64,000 nucleotides of DNA, taken from positions 3,162,001 to 3,226,000 of the forward strand of contig JBNJNM010000011.1 in the NCBI GenBank assembly GCA_052426225.1, given 5' to 3'. Below, piece after piece: positions 25,312 to 38,725 of this stretch. The notes below the pieces were generated by a model that searched no databases, had not been told where the DNA came from, and saw only the letters and a list, made by a program, of their open reading frames with translations. Positions within the stretch are counted from its first letter, which is position 1, and each line of letters opens with the position of its first letter. A program made the position numbers and the translations under genes. Source of the DNA: Zancudomyces culisetae HAW-14-8 (lineage: Eukaryota > Fungi > Kickxellomycota).

Positions 25312-26994
25312 ATGCTTTATCACCAACCCAATTTTATATCAAGAGTTTTCTAGAATGGTTCGGTTGTAAACAACAATCAGCTGTAGCTTTTGCCTTAGTT
25401 CCATAAACACCCCCAAGAAAATAGAAGAAAAAATCAACAAACAAGCAGTCGACCCAGTTGATTGCGGGTTGAAGGAGGCTGACGTACACTGGTAGTAGCT
25501 AGTTCCAGATTTGAAACTGCTAATGCATCAGTTGTGTTGGTACAAAAATCCTCTTAGCTGACAATTTATAGTTGCTGTAATGCGTATCTTTGTCCACACA
25601 TTATGTTTTTTTTTTGATTAGTGGGTAATAATTTGCATCCGTTGAAAAGTGTTAGAAAACATACCCTCATTCGCAACTGCTGCTTTTCAGTAAATAAACT
25701 ACGTCTGGTATGATTTCTACCTGCATTTTGTATATATACAGAGAACTCGTTTACGAGAATTGTATCTTTTTTAGTTGTGATATTTATTGGGAAAACAGAT
25801 TCTGCTTATTTTGATGGCTCGTAGATGATAGATGATAGCTCAATTCATCGAAAATTTCCTCTAAAGAATGTTCTCCGTGTGCATTTGCACGTTCTTATCG
25901 TTTTAAGAGAAAGAGAAAGAGGAAATGATATTGATATCTGAGCTTGTAAAAAATAGAAGCAGGTAAATGCTAGCTAGAAGTGCGCTTTTTTTTGCACAAT
26001 TACTTTCTCTATGAACTGCACTATGCTTTTTAAGGGCAAGTAAAACCAGTTCAAAGCCAGACTTTACGCGATCTTGGAGTATACTCCACCATGCGATCTC
26101 TGCATTAGGTTAATGATGCGGGTATGGCTATGCACTCTTTTGGAGGCTTGAAAAAAACAAATAAATAAATTTATGCTTATGAGTATTAAAGGTGTACACT
26201 CAGCCTGAGCGCAAAAAAAGTAGGCGTGGTACTGTTTTAGTATGAACTGATATCCCGCTAGAATAAACAAAAAAAAAGTGTTTATGGGCATGGTTGCTTT
26301 TCTTTTCTTTTTATTGACTGCAATTGGTGGTCAAATGTGCAATCAAAGCTTTTGGGTTTTAGGGTTTTATGCCTCAAGTTTGGCCTGTATTTTGTGTCCA
26401 TTTTAAAAAGATACACCAGGCACCAACAGTTTTGTTGGGAACTTGAAACATGTACTGTTTTCTCAATATTATCGCCTACTATTTGCTGTTTCATTGTAAT
26501 CATTTAACGCATACATTTCAATAAACCCAGACGGTCTTTTATATTTACACGTATATCGCACCATACAACACATTTAACTACTGTGATGAGTATTGAATAA
26601 AAATTAACGTGTTAATTAGCATTGATAACTGTGTTTTATAGCTCGATTGTTGTGGTAAAGGTTTGGTTTCCCCTTAAAATAGCCGCCCATTTCAAATTAT
26701 CTGTACCTATTGCGTGTTAGTTCTAAATTATCATAAATTCTCAAGGCTAAATTTTAAAATTTATATCACCATCATTTGGCCAAGATATTGCTAACTTTCT
26801 CTCCCATTCGCTCAAAGCCGAAAGATCTGAAAAAGTCGTGAAAAAAAAAGCATAATCTAAATACAATTGATAAGGACATTCAACCCGAAAAAAATAATCG
26901 CCTTTTTATATATTAGACGTAAAAAAAGGTGATATCACATAATAGATAAGCGTTATGATAGTGAAAGGAGGAAACGTTTTATGTTTGTACCATA

Positions 26995-27036
26995 ACCACA
27001 TACCACATACCACATACCACATACCACATACCACAT
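26995..27036. repeat. Tandem repeat (ACCACAT)6
   Basis: Six perfect 7-mers read directly. Confidence 0.9.
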
Positions 27037-27853
27037 AATTGTGGAACTATAATGTACAAAGATCATTAAAAAATGTGTATGAATTTACATGTTATAACAA
27101 CAATAACGAAATATACATGGTTCTGGATTGAAGTATAGTCAAATACATCCTCTAGACGCATTTGTCTGTGCCAACCATAAACTCTTACCTCCCACTTTCT
27201 TTTCAAAGGGTATGTATATAAGATCAATTGTAATTAATATGTGGTGTCTTTCAACATCAGGTTTTTTTTCTAACGGTTGCAAATAACACTTGCTTATGAG
27301 CGCATCTACACCCACTCCCAAGGCTTGTTGTGAAGATGTATGGAATCCAATATTCCTTTTATTCACATATCCTCCCTCAAAGAACTAATTCGGCAAATAT
27401 TATAAGTGTGCTAGATAATTAAAAAAGCAACTTGCATATACAAGTTTAACCATTTCACAATACCGATAATGAATACCTTTAAGAGACAGGTGTATAGATC
27501 AGTAGTTTTTGCATTTGAACTTTCAGATATACGGCTGTGTTAGAAAACCCTATCTAATTGAAGGTTTAACTAGCCTCGTTGGCCTTACATCAGTTTTTGT
27601 AGAGGGAATCTTCAGCATACGAGTAAAGGTAAAAATCCTAGCAAGGCGAAAAAAAAATTTATGTGTTATTTACTTTAAATTAGCTAGGCCAATTATAGTT
27701 GAATAATACAAAAACAACCAATTGTGAGAAACGTTTAAAAAAAATGAAATGAAAGTAAATACAACTTTTGCAACAACACTTTTGCACAAAAAATGGTTTA
27801 AGTGATACTTGCATATTCTCCAGCCTTTTTTTATATAGTATAGGTGAGATAGA

Positions 27854-29004
27854 ATGAATTACAAAAGCAATTCTGTGTCAGAAAACATGACTCCCAGTTC
27901 CTCGGCTCACGATTTCATAGTAGATGCGAACGAGAGCAACAAAAGGATAGAACATAGTATAGGACGGCACTTTAATGACAGCGAATTGGATGCCATTTTT
28001 ACGGTATACCTAAAAAAAATGCTGGGAGAAATTAAAGAGTATAGCCAAAGACAGCTCGAAAGTGAAAGAATGTTGAGGTATTTACTTGGTGAGCAGGAGG
28101 AAGGGGGTGGAGAAATGTTGACTGGTTATGCCGAAGGAATCGATAAAGAAATCGAGGAGCTTTGTCTCGAAATTTCTGTTGCTGAAAATAACCTTACTGA
28201 TGGTAAGAATCTCGAAAAAAATAATTATATTGTGCTTATGTTCGGGGTTTTGGGATGCTGAATTGGTTTTAGGTAGAGTAATAGATAGACATGTAAAAAT
28301 AAGACAACATAATAATTTGTATCATTTTTGTAACTATAGAGAATAATAAATACAACCAGATAGCCGAACAGCTGGTGGCCAGTAATAATAATCTTACAAG
28401 AAAACAGGAAGAATACAAAGCGCTTGGGTATTACGATCAAGATGTTGTGAGTGCGTCACAGGAGAGATGCCAAATAGTACTTCAAGAAAATAACGAAAGG
28501 GACGTTGTTATTAGTGAAACTGAAGCAAGCATTGAAAAACTAGAAAAAGAGATATCAGATATTCAAGACAAAGTTAAAGAAACTGAAGCTATACTTTTTC
28601 AATTAAGAGACTATAATGAAAAGCAAAAATCACATCTTCAAAGCAACGAAAGCTCAAAGATGATTGAAACAAAGATAAATGAGCACTATGAAAAGCTGTT
28701 GTTAAAAAACCAATGGCTCAAAAGCTGTGGTATTGCAAAGGACTTACGTACTAGCGGCAAACGAGAAATGGTATGTTGTATTCACAATGATTTGATAGAT
28801 TTTGAGCTGCCTTCGCATATAATCAGCTCATTACCCTCAGTAAAGTTAACTCTGGGACCAGACAGTACAATAGATTGTATTTCTATTGGGGAATTTTCTG
28901 ATTATTCAAAAGCGCGGTTTTTAAGTTTGATAAAAAAGGCGCATTGTGACATAAACTCCATATTGATTGATCTGTGGTACACTCAAAACAAATTTCTGTT
29001 TTAA
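27854..29004 (+). CDS. Uncharacterised coiled-coil protein with a globular C-terminus, 2 exons (27854-28202, 28340-29004); possibly Sos7/Kre28/Zwint-like kinetochore protein
   Basis: A GTAAGA..TAG intron joins the two ORFs in frame. Long E/K/Q heptad region then an alpha/beta C-terminal segment. The family call is tentative. Confidence 0.6.
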
Positions 29005-31148
29005 TTTTTGTATAATATACTGGAGTGAATATCTTTTATTCTTTTTAATTATTGTCTTGAGTGTATCCTATTTATAAAGGCTGTTGTTATTTTTGTGCTA
29101 GTTTATTTTGACGAGAATTTGGTGCTGTAATTATCAATAAACAACAAAGGAAATATATATGGGATTTCTGAACAGTAATAACATTGAGTGATCGCCAGCG
29201 GCTGTTAGTAAGTTAGTATGATAATGAATGTTCAAGAATATAGCGGGGGGTCGGTGTAGTGTAGCAAATCACTTTTAGAGGACAGGTGTGATGGCTATTC
29301 TTGTAAAGTTGCATATTTTCTTCACTTTGCTGGCCCAGTTCGTCATAACCAAATACTGCCGATCATTTTTTTTACGTATGTACGATCGTAATTTTCGAAT
29401 AAAAATAAAAAGGAGCACATGAAAACATGGGGGTATGATAAGAGTAGAGAATCCAATGATCGAAGGCAAGCCTAAATGACAATTGCTCTTAGATGAACAT
29501 ACATGTAAATCATTTGGGGGGGTTTACCTTACTATTAGTTATATTTTGAATAAGCAGTTTGTGCTCATTTACTATTGGATATATGTATTAATGTTGATAG
29601 AATATAAGATGTTGGTTGGGGCTTTTGAAATGTTAAATATTTACAAAGTGACAGGCCAAGACGAAAATTGATACACACTAGTGTTATTACTGTGAAAAAA
29701 ATTGTATTTAGAAAAAATAACACGCGGCCTAGCTTAAGCGAAATATATGAAACAATGGTGGCTACTGTTATGTTTTAGAATGAATGTGTTAGAGCGGGAT
29801 TTTTTTTTGAGCTATCGTTGTGAAATGACAAAGGAATTGGATATACGTTCCCTAGTACTCGATCACATTTTAACTACTAGGCTTGATGAACAAAACATTG
29901 TTATTGAAATAAGATAAGGAAAAAAAAATAGTCATAGGGGAGTGAGAGTGGGAGAAAAGGCTTTTGCGAGGTTAAGACTAAAATTGTGGTAAGAAAAGCA
30001 AGCGAGAAAGGGGTATATTTTCGGAGCTTGATGTGTCATTACTTACCCACAGATAGATGGGTTTAGTAAAATGTTATTTTATTACTTGTATTGGACAAAG
30101 AAGCGAAGGGAAGCGAATGAGGTTATTTTTAGAATTTGATGAGTACGTGTACCAAAGGAAGTATTACAATAACAGCATGTTAAAGTTAGGGCTCAGATCC
30201 AAGCACCGATTCAACCTCGGGTTTTAGCCTAGGCTAAATATCTGGCCAAAAAAAAAGATGTGCTAAAAAAGCAAGTAGAGAAAGTGATGATTATCCCCTG
30301 ATTTAAGCTACTACAAAATGATGTGAAATCGGAAAATGAAAATCAGTCTAGTTAGTTAGCTAATTACAATAAAAAAGAGCGAGCACAAAAAGAATATCCC
30401 CTTATAGGTCAAAAAAGATATGTGTAACAACGATCATTAGTTAATTACTAAAAAAAACATAGCCAATTTTGGTTACAATCGTCACATAACACAATCTTGA
30501 GAAACATAAAAGTTAATATATAGGTTGAAATGTGTGTTTTGAAAGTATGCAGCGTAGATGTTAGCCAATTTGGTAGCGGTGTTTGTAATTGAGCATTGTG
30601 AATTATTAACATGCTTAGCAAATGGTGTAAAGCTGTTAATTCATGGCATGTGATATGGGAAAAAATACAGATCAAGTTATTGGGGAAAATAGTGAGCAGG
30701 TTTAAATATATAGATTCAAGGGACTGGGTGTGAGAACTGACTGTAGTGTACTGAAAAGATTAAAAATAAAATTTTACGATGTATTAGAGAGTGACAAGGG
30801 TTTATTACACAAACACGCATCTGGAATATACCTATGGGTAGAGGATGGCGTTGAGTGATAATTCGATGAAAAAAGAAATGAGGGAAAAGCCTATGCCCAA
30901 GAAAGAGAGAGAGGAAGAGTCTGTTGGGTATACATTTATAATAGGGAAAAAGTCAACTTTCTGGTTAACGCTAATGACAAAGAGGAATCAAAACTGACAC
31001 AAATGTCAGTACTAGTACTAAAATTCTGTAAGTGGTGACTTTTAAATCGTTGTTTTTCTTTTTTAGCCAGTAGATGGTTGTAAGTGTTAATTATGGTGAT
31101 GCTGATGGTGATGCTAATATCGGTGATTGTGATTATGCTTGTGATTTT

Positions 31149-31193
31149 GGTTGTGGTTGTGGTTGTGGTTGTGGTTGTGGTTGTGGTTGTGGT
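31149..31193. repeat. Microsatellite (GGTTGT)7
   Basis: Read directly; produces the spurious CGCG ORF in the track. Confidence 0.9.
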
Positions 31194-33224
31194 AAAGGGG
31201 CAGTCTATTTAAAAATCACAGTCTATGCAATAATTTATCTTAAACGCACTATAAAATGTCATGTATATATCACACCACAGGAAATTATGTATTTTGGCTG
31301 TGCAGGTTGAAATATTTGTCGACTCCTGGAATCATTCTTGCAGCAAGATACAATCAAGGATATCTGAAAAATATCAGCATTTCCATGTACTGTTAAATAA
31401 TTCAGATCGACGGCTCTCCGCCCTCCCCAAAAAAATCTTAAGCAAATGTATAACAACTGGACTAGACAAAGAATAAAGACCAAAATTGCAACAAAAAAAA
31501 AAGACTGAGGTTTGGAATTAACGTTGAGCAGGTGATATTTAGGTTTGCTAAGGTGGGTTTCTTTTTCAACAAAAATTAACATTTGTGTAGTTTTCATGTT
31601 TTTGTTTATAAAGATTTTCCAACAATATTAATAAATAAGCGGATTTGAAAAACTGGATTGAAAAGAATAATAGGGAAAGAAACGAAAATAAAACTATTGG
31701 ATCAAGATTATTAATAAGTCCAAATAATCAAAAATTAACAAATGATCTTTTGTAATAGCTGCCAATTCTCGTGAAATTGCAATGGTAATAAATGACAATT
31801 TTCACTGATTAGTACAATCGAAAAAAGAATAGGACAAATATTTTATTTCACATTGAGGCGGGCAAATTTGGCTGGTTTGCCATAAGATTTGTGGAGAGTT
31901 TGCTTTATGCATTTGCTTTGTTTATTTTTTAATGTTTATTTTTTGCTTAAAAACGGGTGTTAATAAACAAAGTTGAATATTTTTGTGGGTAGCCAAACAT
32001 AGGCTCTTGCGGGAATTTGTGAGTGGATAAGAGCATTAAAAAAAAAAAGTACTTGTAAGGGGATAGGGAGAAGTAAGGAAGGTAAGAGAAATGAACAATA
32101 AAAAGCAATTTAAATGAAAATGGATCGGGGATGACATCAAGTACTTTCTTTATTGAAAAGGTAAATTTGAAAATGGAAGAAAAACAGCCATCCAGCATTA
32201 CTTTCCGTTTTTAGTAATCTAGCAAACCCACGTTTCTGAAAAATTTTTTATAGCGGGTTTTGGATATATCATTAAAAGAGCAAATGCTGACAAACAAAAA
32301 AATCGAGGTGTAATTCGGGCCAAATGGATATTTTGTAGGCAAGAAAAAAAAATAAACAGCAATAAAACCAATTTCGGTGTTAATTTTTGCAGCTTTGCAG
32401 TGTTTTTTTATAATTTTTTTTTTTTGCCAAACCAAACCTCGAAATAGACTAATGAAAATACTATCTAGAGTAGAAAATAAAAGGTTGAATTTTATATGGG
32501 TTTTATTAAAATAGAAAGCTCAATACCAGAATATACTCCGAATCAATTCATACTTGTGGCGATAACAACAGAAGCGCAAATACAAGAACTAAAAGCATTA
32601 AAGCTACATGCAACATAAAGCGTGGATAATTTCAGAGTAGATCTGGATTTATAAGTAAATCTTCAAAAACACAGCCACAAAAAGTGATTTTATGTTTGAA
32701 GTAGGGGGAGGGGGATGTAAATAGAATTTAAAAGTACTAACTCACAGCATAGGCAAAATAATATCAAAGTTACAAGATAAAAGTAAAGTGATTTCAGGAC
32801 GCTTGGCATAAAAATAGATAAAGAAAGGTCACAAAACACAAAATCTAGAAAAAAATAGAGAAACCCCGGGTGGGAAAAAACGGTGTAAACTCATTGTTTG
32901 GTTGTTTATTCTCATAGCGGCTTGAAGCGAGGTAGAAACAACACTGATGCTCAAACTGAGATGCAAGAGAAAAAAGTCAGGTTTTTTTTTTGACATTTGC
33001 AGTAAAGAAAATATTTGGATCACAAGAAGAGAGCTAAAAGGTCTTTACCAAGAAATAGCGCGTGTATGAGTGAATATTATACCAAAGAGCTAGACAATTA
33101 ATAACAGACCAACTTTAGTAAAGAACAAAGGATAGGTCGGCGTATTTAAATAAAAACACAACAGTCGAAGTAAAAAAATATACTGAAGCTGGAGGTAAAA
33201 ATAAAAAGAAACACAGATAAGAGT

Positions 33225-33741
33225 ATGGGGAAACATAGTGCGATGGGAAGTAAAGCGAAAAAGGAGGCAAAAATAGCGGAGAAAGAGAAGGAGGAAGATG
33301 CGAAAAGAAAAGCGTTAGTAGGAGGTCAGAATACAATAGAAAAGCAACTTTTACCAAAGTTAACATTTGGCAAACTGTTTACATCTGGGCTGAGCAGACA
33401 AAAAACTGTGGGGCGGAAGGTGGATGTGAAAGGACGACCAGATATTGGTGGTAAAAAACAAAAGCATATAGAAGAGGAAGAGAAGGCGGCATCGGCGACG
33501 CCAAGAGTGTTTGGTAGGAATTCGGATCTAAAACGATCCAACACTAAGGATAGTTGGGATTTTATGGAAGATATTAAACAACGAAGCATGGATTTCTTGA
33601 TGATAGTTAAAACGGAGACAGGGTTGGGAGCAAACGGAGGTAACGGTGGTTGTATAAGCAATAGCAGCAAAGCCAATAGCGGCAAAAGTATAAACAGCAA
33701 TAGTACTATCAACAACGATAGCAGCAATAGTAGTGATATTT

Positions 33742-33772
<31 letters not shown>

Positions 33773-36700
33773 TGGTAATGGTAATGGTAACAGTAATAAT
33801 AACAGTAACAGTAATAGTAACAGTAGTAACGAAAACAACAATGACGGTGGTGATAAAGCCAATGAGGAGAAGTTTGAAGAGCTACTTCAAAGCGTAGGAG
33901 GAAAAGGAGACGGAGCGCAACAGCTGGAGGCAGAAAGATTGTTGGTACGACTAGAAAACCAAATCAAGAGGCAGAGTAGAGCGGCAGGGGGATGGAAAAA
34001 GGGTATTAGCGAAGAGTACGAGGGTGAAATAATGGAATCGAAGGATAAACTGGATAGAATAAGCGAAGGACTGGAGCAAGGAATCGAAAGTAGGTATGAA
34101 AAGGAGGAAATAGGTGAAAGGGAATATGGTGGCGGAAAAGGAAAAGGAAAAGAACCAGACCATAGGGATATACAAAAGATGGGACAAAAGTTGAAAAAGG
34201 TGGGAAGTGGCGATGAAGTGAGAAATTTAGAGTCGAGCGAGAAGGAAAAGGAGGAAGCAAAAGATGTATGTAAAGAAGAGGATCGAGGGGAAGGTATTGA
34301 GGAGGAGGGAAAATATGAACGAGAAAAGAATACGCAGACACAGACACAGACACAGACAAAGAAAAATGCAGGAGAATTATTGGGGTTGAATAAGGAAGGG
34401 TTCACTAGAAATAATGATGACGGAGAGGAAGAGGAGCAGCAGCAGGGACAGAGTACAGTGACAGAACACAAAGATGAAGGAGAACAAGAGGTTGAAGGAG
34501 AAGCAAGTAGTAATAAAGACGAGAGAATGAGAAGTGGCAGTGATGGTACAGTTGACGGACCGATTCCAATTCCCAAACGGATAGTCACTTTATCGCCATC
34601 ATTATTGTCACTGCCGCAGCAGGGCGAGCGGAAGCAAGAGAAAAAAGAGGCTACAGGACAGAGTAAGCGAGCACAGGACATGGCAAGCAAAAAGACACCG
34701 GCAGCGATGCGGATGCATGCAGCACGAGAACTGGTGATTACAGAGAAAAATTTTATGGATAATTTGTTTATAATCAAAAAGGTGTGGATGGAGCCAGTGT
34801 TTGCATCGGCCAATACTTCGAAGCCAATTATTCCGTATCAGTCTGCGCGGGTGATATTTTTTGGCATCAATGAGCTACATGCACATGCACGAAAATTCTA
34901 TAAGGATTTGGATAAGGCAGTGATGGCGTGTGAGCATCCAAAGTATACAGGAGATGTAGCAGCAGACCGGCTAAGCGTTGGTGGATTGTTTCAGGGACCA
35001 GGGAGATGCTGGCAAGATTTTGTGGCGTATGTTCAGAACTATGGATCAGCGATGGAGCATCTGCGAAAGTTGGAGGAATACAAGCCGTATTTGCGATATG
35101 AAGAGGAATGCATGTCACAAAAACGGACCAGCCGTCAATCATTAAAGGATTTGTTGATGCTTCCGGTACAACGAGTGATGCGATATACCCTGCTTCTCAA
35201 AAACATTTTGCGGCACACACCAGCAACACATATTGATCACATTGAACAGTGTCGAGCAGTTAAGTTTGTTACGGCACTAGCAGCAGTGGTTAACGAAGTA
35301 CGACGCAGACAGGAGGATGCTCAAAGCGCGACTCTGGTCTTTCGTTCTATAGACGACTGTCCACAGATTCCAGCGCGTGTTCCACGGCGTGTGGTATGCG
35401 AGAGTTTTGGATACGATTTGCTGAGCAAATCAGATATTCGACTGGTGCTGTTCAATGATGTGTTGGTGGTTGCTCGAACCACAACATCGTCTACATCATA
35501 TGCTCTATCATCCAAGTCATCAATTTCTATGTCTATTGGAATTAATTCTAATTCAACAACACATTCGACTACTCATTCACACTCACATTCCTATACAAAA
35601 TCTAACTGGTCGTTCTATGGCTATGCTCCTCTTGATCAAGTTGAAATCCAAAACGCCGGTGAATCAACCGATACCCTGATCACTGTATTGGCTCTCAACC
35701 ACTATCGCCGTCCAGCAAAGGCTGACTATCGTCGCTCGCTTTCTGCCACCAATCTACTGGTAACTCGCGATTCTCCACAATCGCAGTCACAGCCACAATT
35801 GCAACAACAACAACAACAACAAAACACCCATACTCATGCACAACCTGCGCTGCCCATATCGGCGTCGGCGTCGTTTTCATCATCAAATGCTCTTGCAGCT
35901 GCACTGGTTAGCTCCACACCGACAAACCAAATCCAGAGTTATAACGCTGCTTCGTCATTTGAGAAACCACGCGACTCGCTTGAGAGCCCAAAGAATCTGT
36001 TGGGTCGGGAAATGGCACTCAAAAAGTCGATGAGTAGCTCGCAAACTTCCAACAGCCCCATCGAAATGACTGTTTACAAGGTCACCAAACTCACTTCACA
36101 TAATCCACATCAGAATCCTCAGAACCTTCTTTCTTCATCCGGTTCCGACTTGTTTTCTCCAATTTCCATCCCGGCTTACCCTCCAAAATCTGCGTGCAAC
36201 TCAACAACAAACCTGTCAAATCCTTCCACCATGATCAACTCTTCCTTGTCCACAAGCCCTGTTGCATCCATCTCTCCCTCCTCAAACTCCGCCACCACTA
36301 CTCCTGCTTCGGCGTCTATTGCCTCGTCTATTGTCGCTTCCACAAACCCGTTTCCACCTCCATTGCGAACTTTTTCGCTGGTTCTGCAACACCCAACTTC
36401 TGTCGCTCGCAGATTCTTTGTCAATGCTTTGCTTGAAGCTGAAAAGGCTTTATCTTCATCTATCAGTGCTTCTCATTATCCAGCTTCCAATTCTGCCATG
36501 ATGTACATACTTGCCTCAAACGATTCTTCTTCAAAACCCTCTACCAATACCGATGTTATTTTCCCTATTATTACCGATTCAAACACTGAGTCTGATTACG
36601 ACTCTCAACCTCATTCCAACTCCAACTCTCACTCTGAGTCTGAGTCTCAACCTCATTCCCGACCTCAGTCTACTAGATCCTCCTTTATTTCTCCACAGCA

Positions 36701-37097
36701 ATCCACACCCACACCCACACCCACACTCCAATCTCAACAACAATCCCAATTACATCATTTAACTGTTCCTATAGTTTCTAATCTAAGCTCAGCTTCTTCT
36801 GTCTTATCTTCAACCAGCAGCACCTCCAATATTAATTCCAACCACAACACCAATCTTGGAAATCCTGAACATTCGTTATCTCGTTCCTCTTCGTATGGCA
36901 CCACTAATGACGTTTTTATTATGAAGCCATATTCATCCTCTCTGTATTCCTCCCCTTCACTTCCTCAAAGTCTCAACAATAACAATACCAAAGATTACAT
37001 CCGTACTTCTTCTACCCAACCATCTTCTTCAAATACGATTTCTCCTTCTGACTTCAATCCCAACTCATCTTCTTTATATAACGACCATCAGAATTGA
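33225..37097 (+). CDS. Rho guanine nucleotide exchange factor (DH-PH) with low-complexity termini
   Basis: DH hallmarks ARELVITEKNFMDNL and SLKDLLMLPVQRVMRYTLLLKNILRHTP, PH start RLVLFNDVLVVA, poly-N and S-rich tails. Confidence 0.92.
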
Positions 37098-37450
37098 TAT
37101 TTTGTTCCTTTCTTGCTTGCTCACTTTTCCCCTTTTCTCCTTTTTTTTCAATCACCATTGTCCTCTACCTATATTTTTACCGCTTTGTTTTATTTATTCA
37201 ACAAGTTTTGTTGATTTTTGCAAAAAAAAAAAAACTAAAACCCTAGAGTTATCTTTTTATTATTATCTCATTTTACATTAAAATATATTCAAGTAATTTC
37301 AACTTCAACTTCAAAGCAAAAGCAAAAGCAAAAATAAATCTTATTTAGTTTAATCTGATCTAGTCTAATCTAATTATAAATACAATAAACTCACGACTTG
37401 ATAGTAGATAATTGGTAATCGGTAGTTAGTAAAGATATGGATAACCAAGT

Positions 37451-38725
37451 CTAAACTTCAAAGCTTCGGGGTGGGACATGTGTCTTTGGTAGTATTACCT
37501 TGGGTCTTTGTATTGGTGGGACCGGTGTTGGTGCCCTATCTTGCAAATGTGATACCTTGATATGGTTGTTGGTATCGCTATACTTGTCCACAAACCTGCC
37601 TTCATTCTCGTCGCCTGATTCCTTTTCTTCTGTTTCGTATTGTCCGCTATCCTCGATTATAAACTTGGGTAGGTTATAGTTCCGCTTTTTCTTTTTGTTT
37701 TTCTTTTTGCTTTTCTTTTCACTCTTCTCATTCTCATTCCCATTACCACTCTTTATTTCTGTCTTCGTATCTATACCTGTACCTATATCTATATCTATAT
37801 CTATATCAGTATCCGTACCCATTCCAATGCCCGTATTTTTACTTATTTTTAGATCATTCATCGAATTTTCCAATGTACTATCTTGTGAATTATCTGTGTC
37901 GCTACCAGAACTTTCATCATTATCAAAATCACCATATATATCTGTGTTTTTCTCCAAGGAGAAATCTTCTAAACTATCAAAGCTATCTCTACCTCTACCT
38001 CTGCCTCTACCTCTACCTCTACCTTTATTTTTGTTTTTGTTTTTGTCAAACTCAGTAGTATCAGTATTCTCATCTACCACAGAGTCACCCAGTCCAAATT
38101 CATCCTCACTGTCCATAGACATGATACTCGCCACATCATCCATATCCAACATATACCTCCCACCATCCTTTCCCGTATCTCCCCCAATTTTAACCAATGC
38201 ATCCATAAGTTGCTGTTCTAAGTGCCCCTCTTTCTTTGGTGGATCTTCTGCTCTCTGAACCCACCCAATATCCGGTGATCCTGGCGGAGATATCAACCAT
38301 ATCTTATCCTGCTTTGGAAGTTGCAGATACTCAATTTTGTTCATACCACCACCAGCACCACCGTTCATAAATGAAAAATCCGAAACTGGTGTATGCATGC
38401 TATAGTACACGCGCAATTTGCTGCCCGCAATCTGTGCTCCATTGTACCGTTTATATACTTGTTGGCTTATTAGTGTAGAACCAAAGACAATAAGCAGCCT
38501 GCCAAAGCTTGGCAGACGAACAAAGTATTCAGGTACTAGTTTCGTTCCAGATTCTGAGGTAGTAGCATTACCAGTAGTCGTAGTAGTGTTGTTGCTGTTA
38601 CTGTATTGGAATCCTTCGTATAATTCTCGTTCAATTATCTTTACCACTTCTTCATCATAATTGTCAAGTATCACTACCAAACTGTTTGTACATTCAATGT
38701 TGCCGATTGGATTCTGGTATACCAT
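37451..38725 (-). CDS. RCN1: Calcipressin / regulator of calcineurin
   Basis: RRM-like N-terminus (LPSFGRLLIVF), LxxP (YLQLP), SP motif WLISPPGSP, PxIxIT-like PKFIIE and C-terminal TxxP-like PKTHVPP. Confidence 0.9.
   Translation of the reverse strand: MVYQNPIGNIECTNSLVVILDNYDEEVVKIIERELYEGFQYSNSNNTTTTTGNATTSESGTKLVPEYFVRLPSFGRLLIVFGSTLISQQVYKRYNGAQIAGSKLRVYYSMHTPVSDFSFMNGGAGGGMNKIEYLQLPKQDKIWLISPPGSPDIGWVQRAEDPPKKEGHLEQQLMDALVKIGGDTGKDGGRYMLDMDDVASIMSMDSEDEFGLGDSVVDENTDTTEFDKNKNKNKGRGRGRGRGRGRDSFDSLEDFSLEKNTDIYGDFDNDESSGSDTDNSQDSTLENSMNDLKISKNTGIGMGTDTDIDIDIDIGTGIDTKTEIKSGNGNENEKSEKKSKKKNKKKKRNYNLPKFIIEDSGQYETEEKESGDENEGRFVDKYSDTNNHIKVSHLQDRAPTPVPPIQRPKVILPKTHVPPRSFEV

Noticed and set aside
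26075-26088. Perfect 14-bp palindrome TGGAGTATACTCCA
   Set aside because: Several palindromes of this length are expected by chance in an AT-rich 64-kb window, and there is no supporting context.
33887-34813. 308-aa - strand ORF, and similar ORFs at 37695-38258 and 54616-55242
   Set aside because: S/F/L-rich antisense shadows of purine-rich coding regions.
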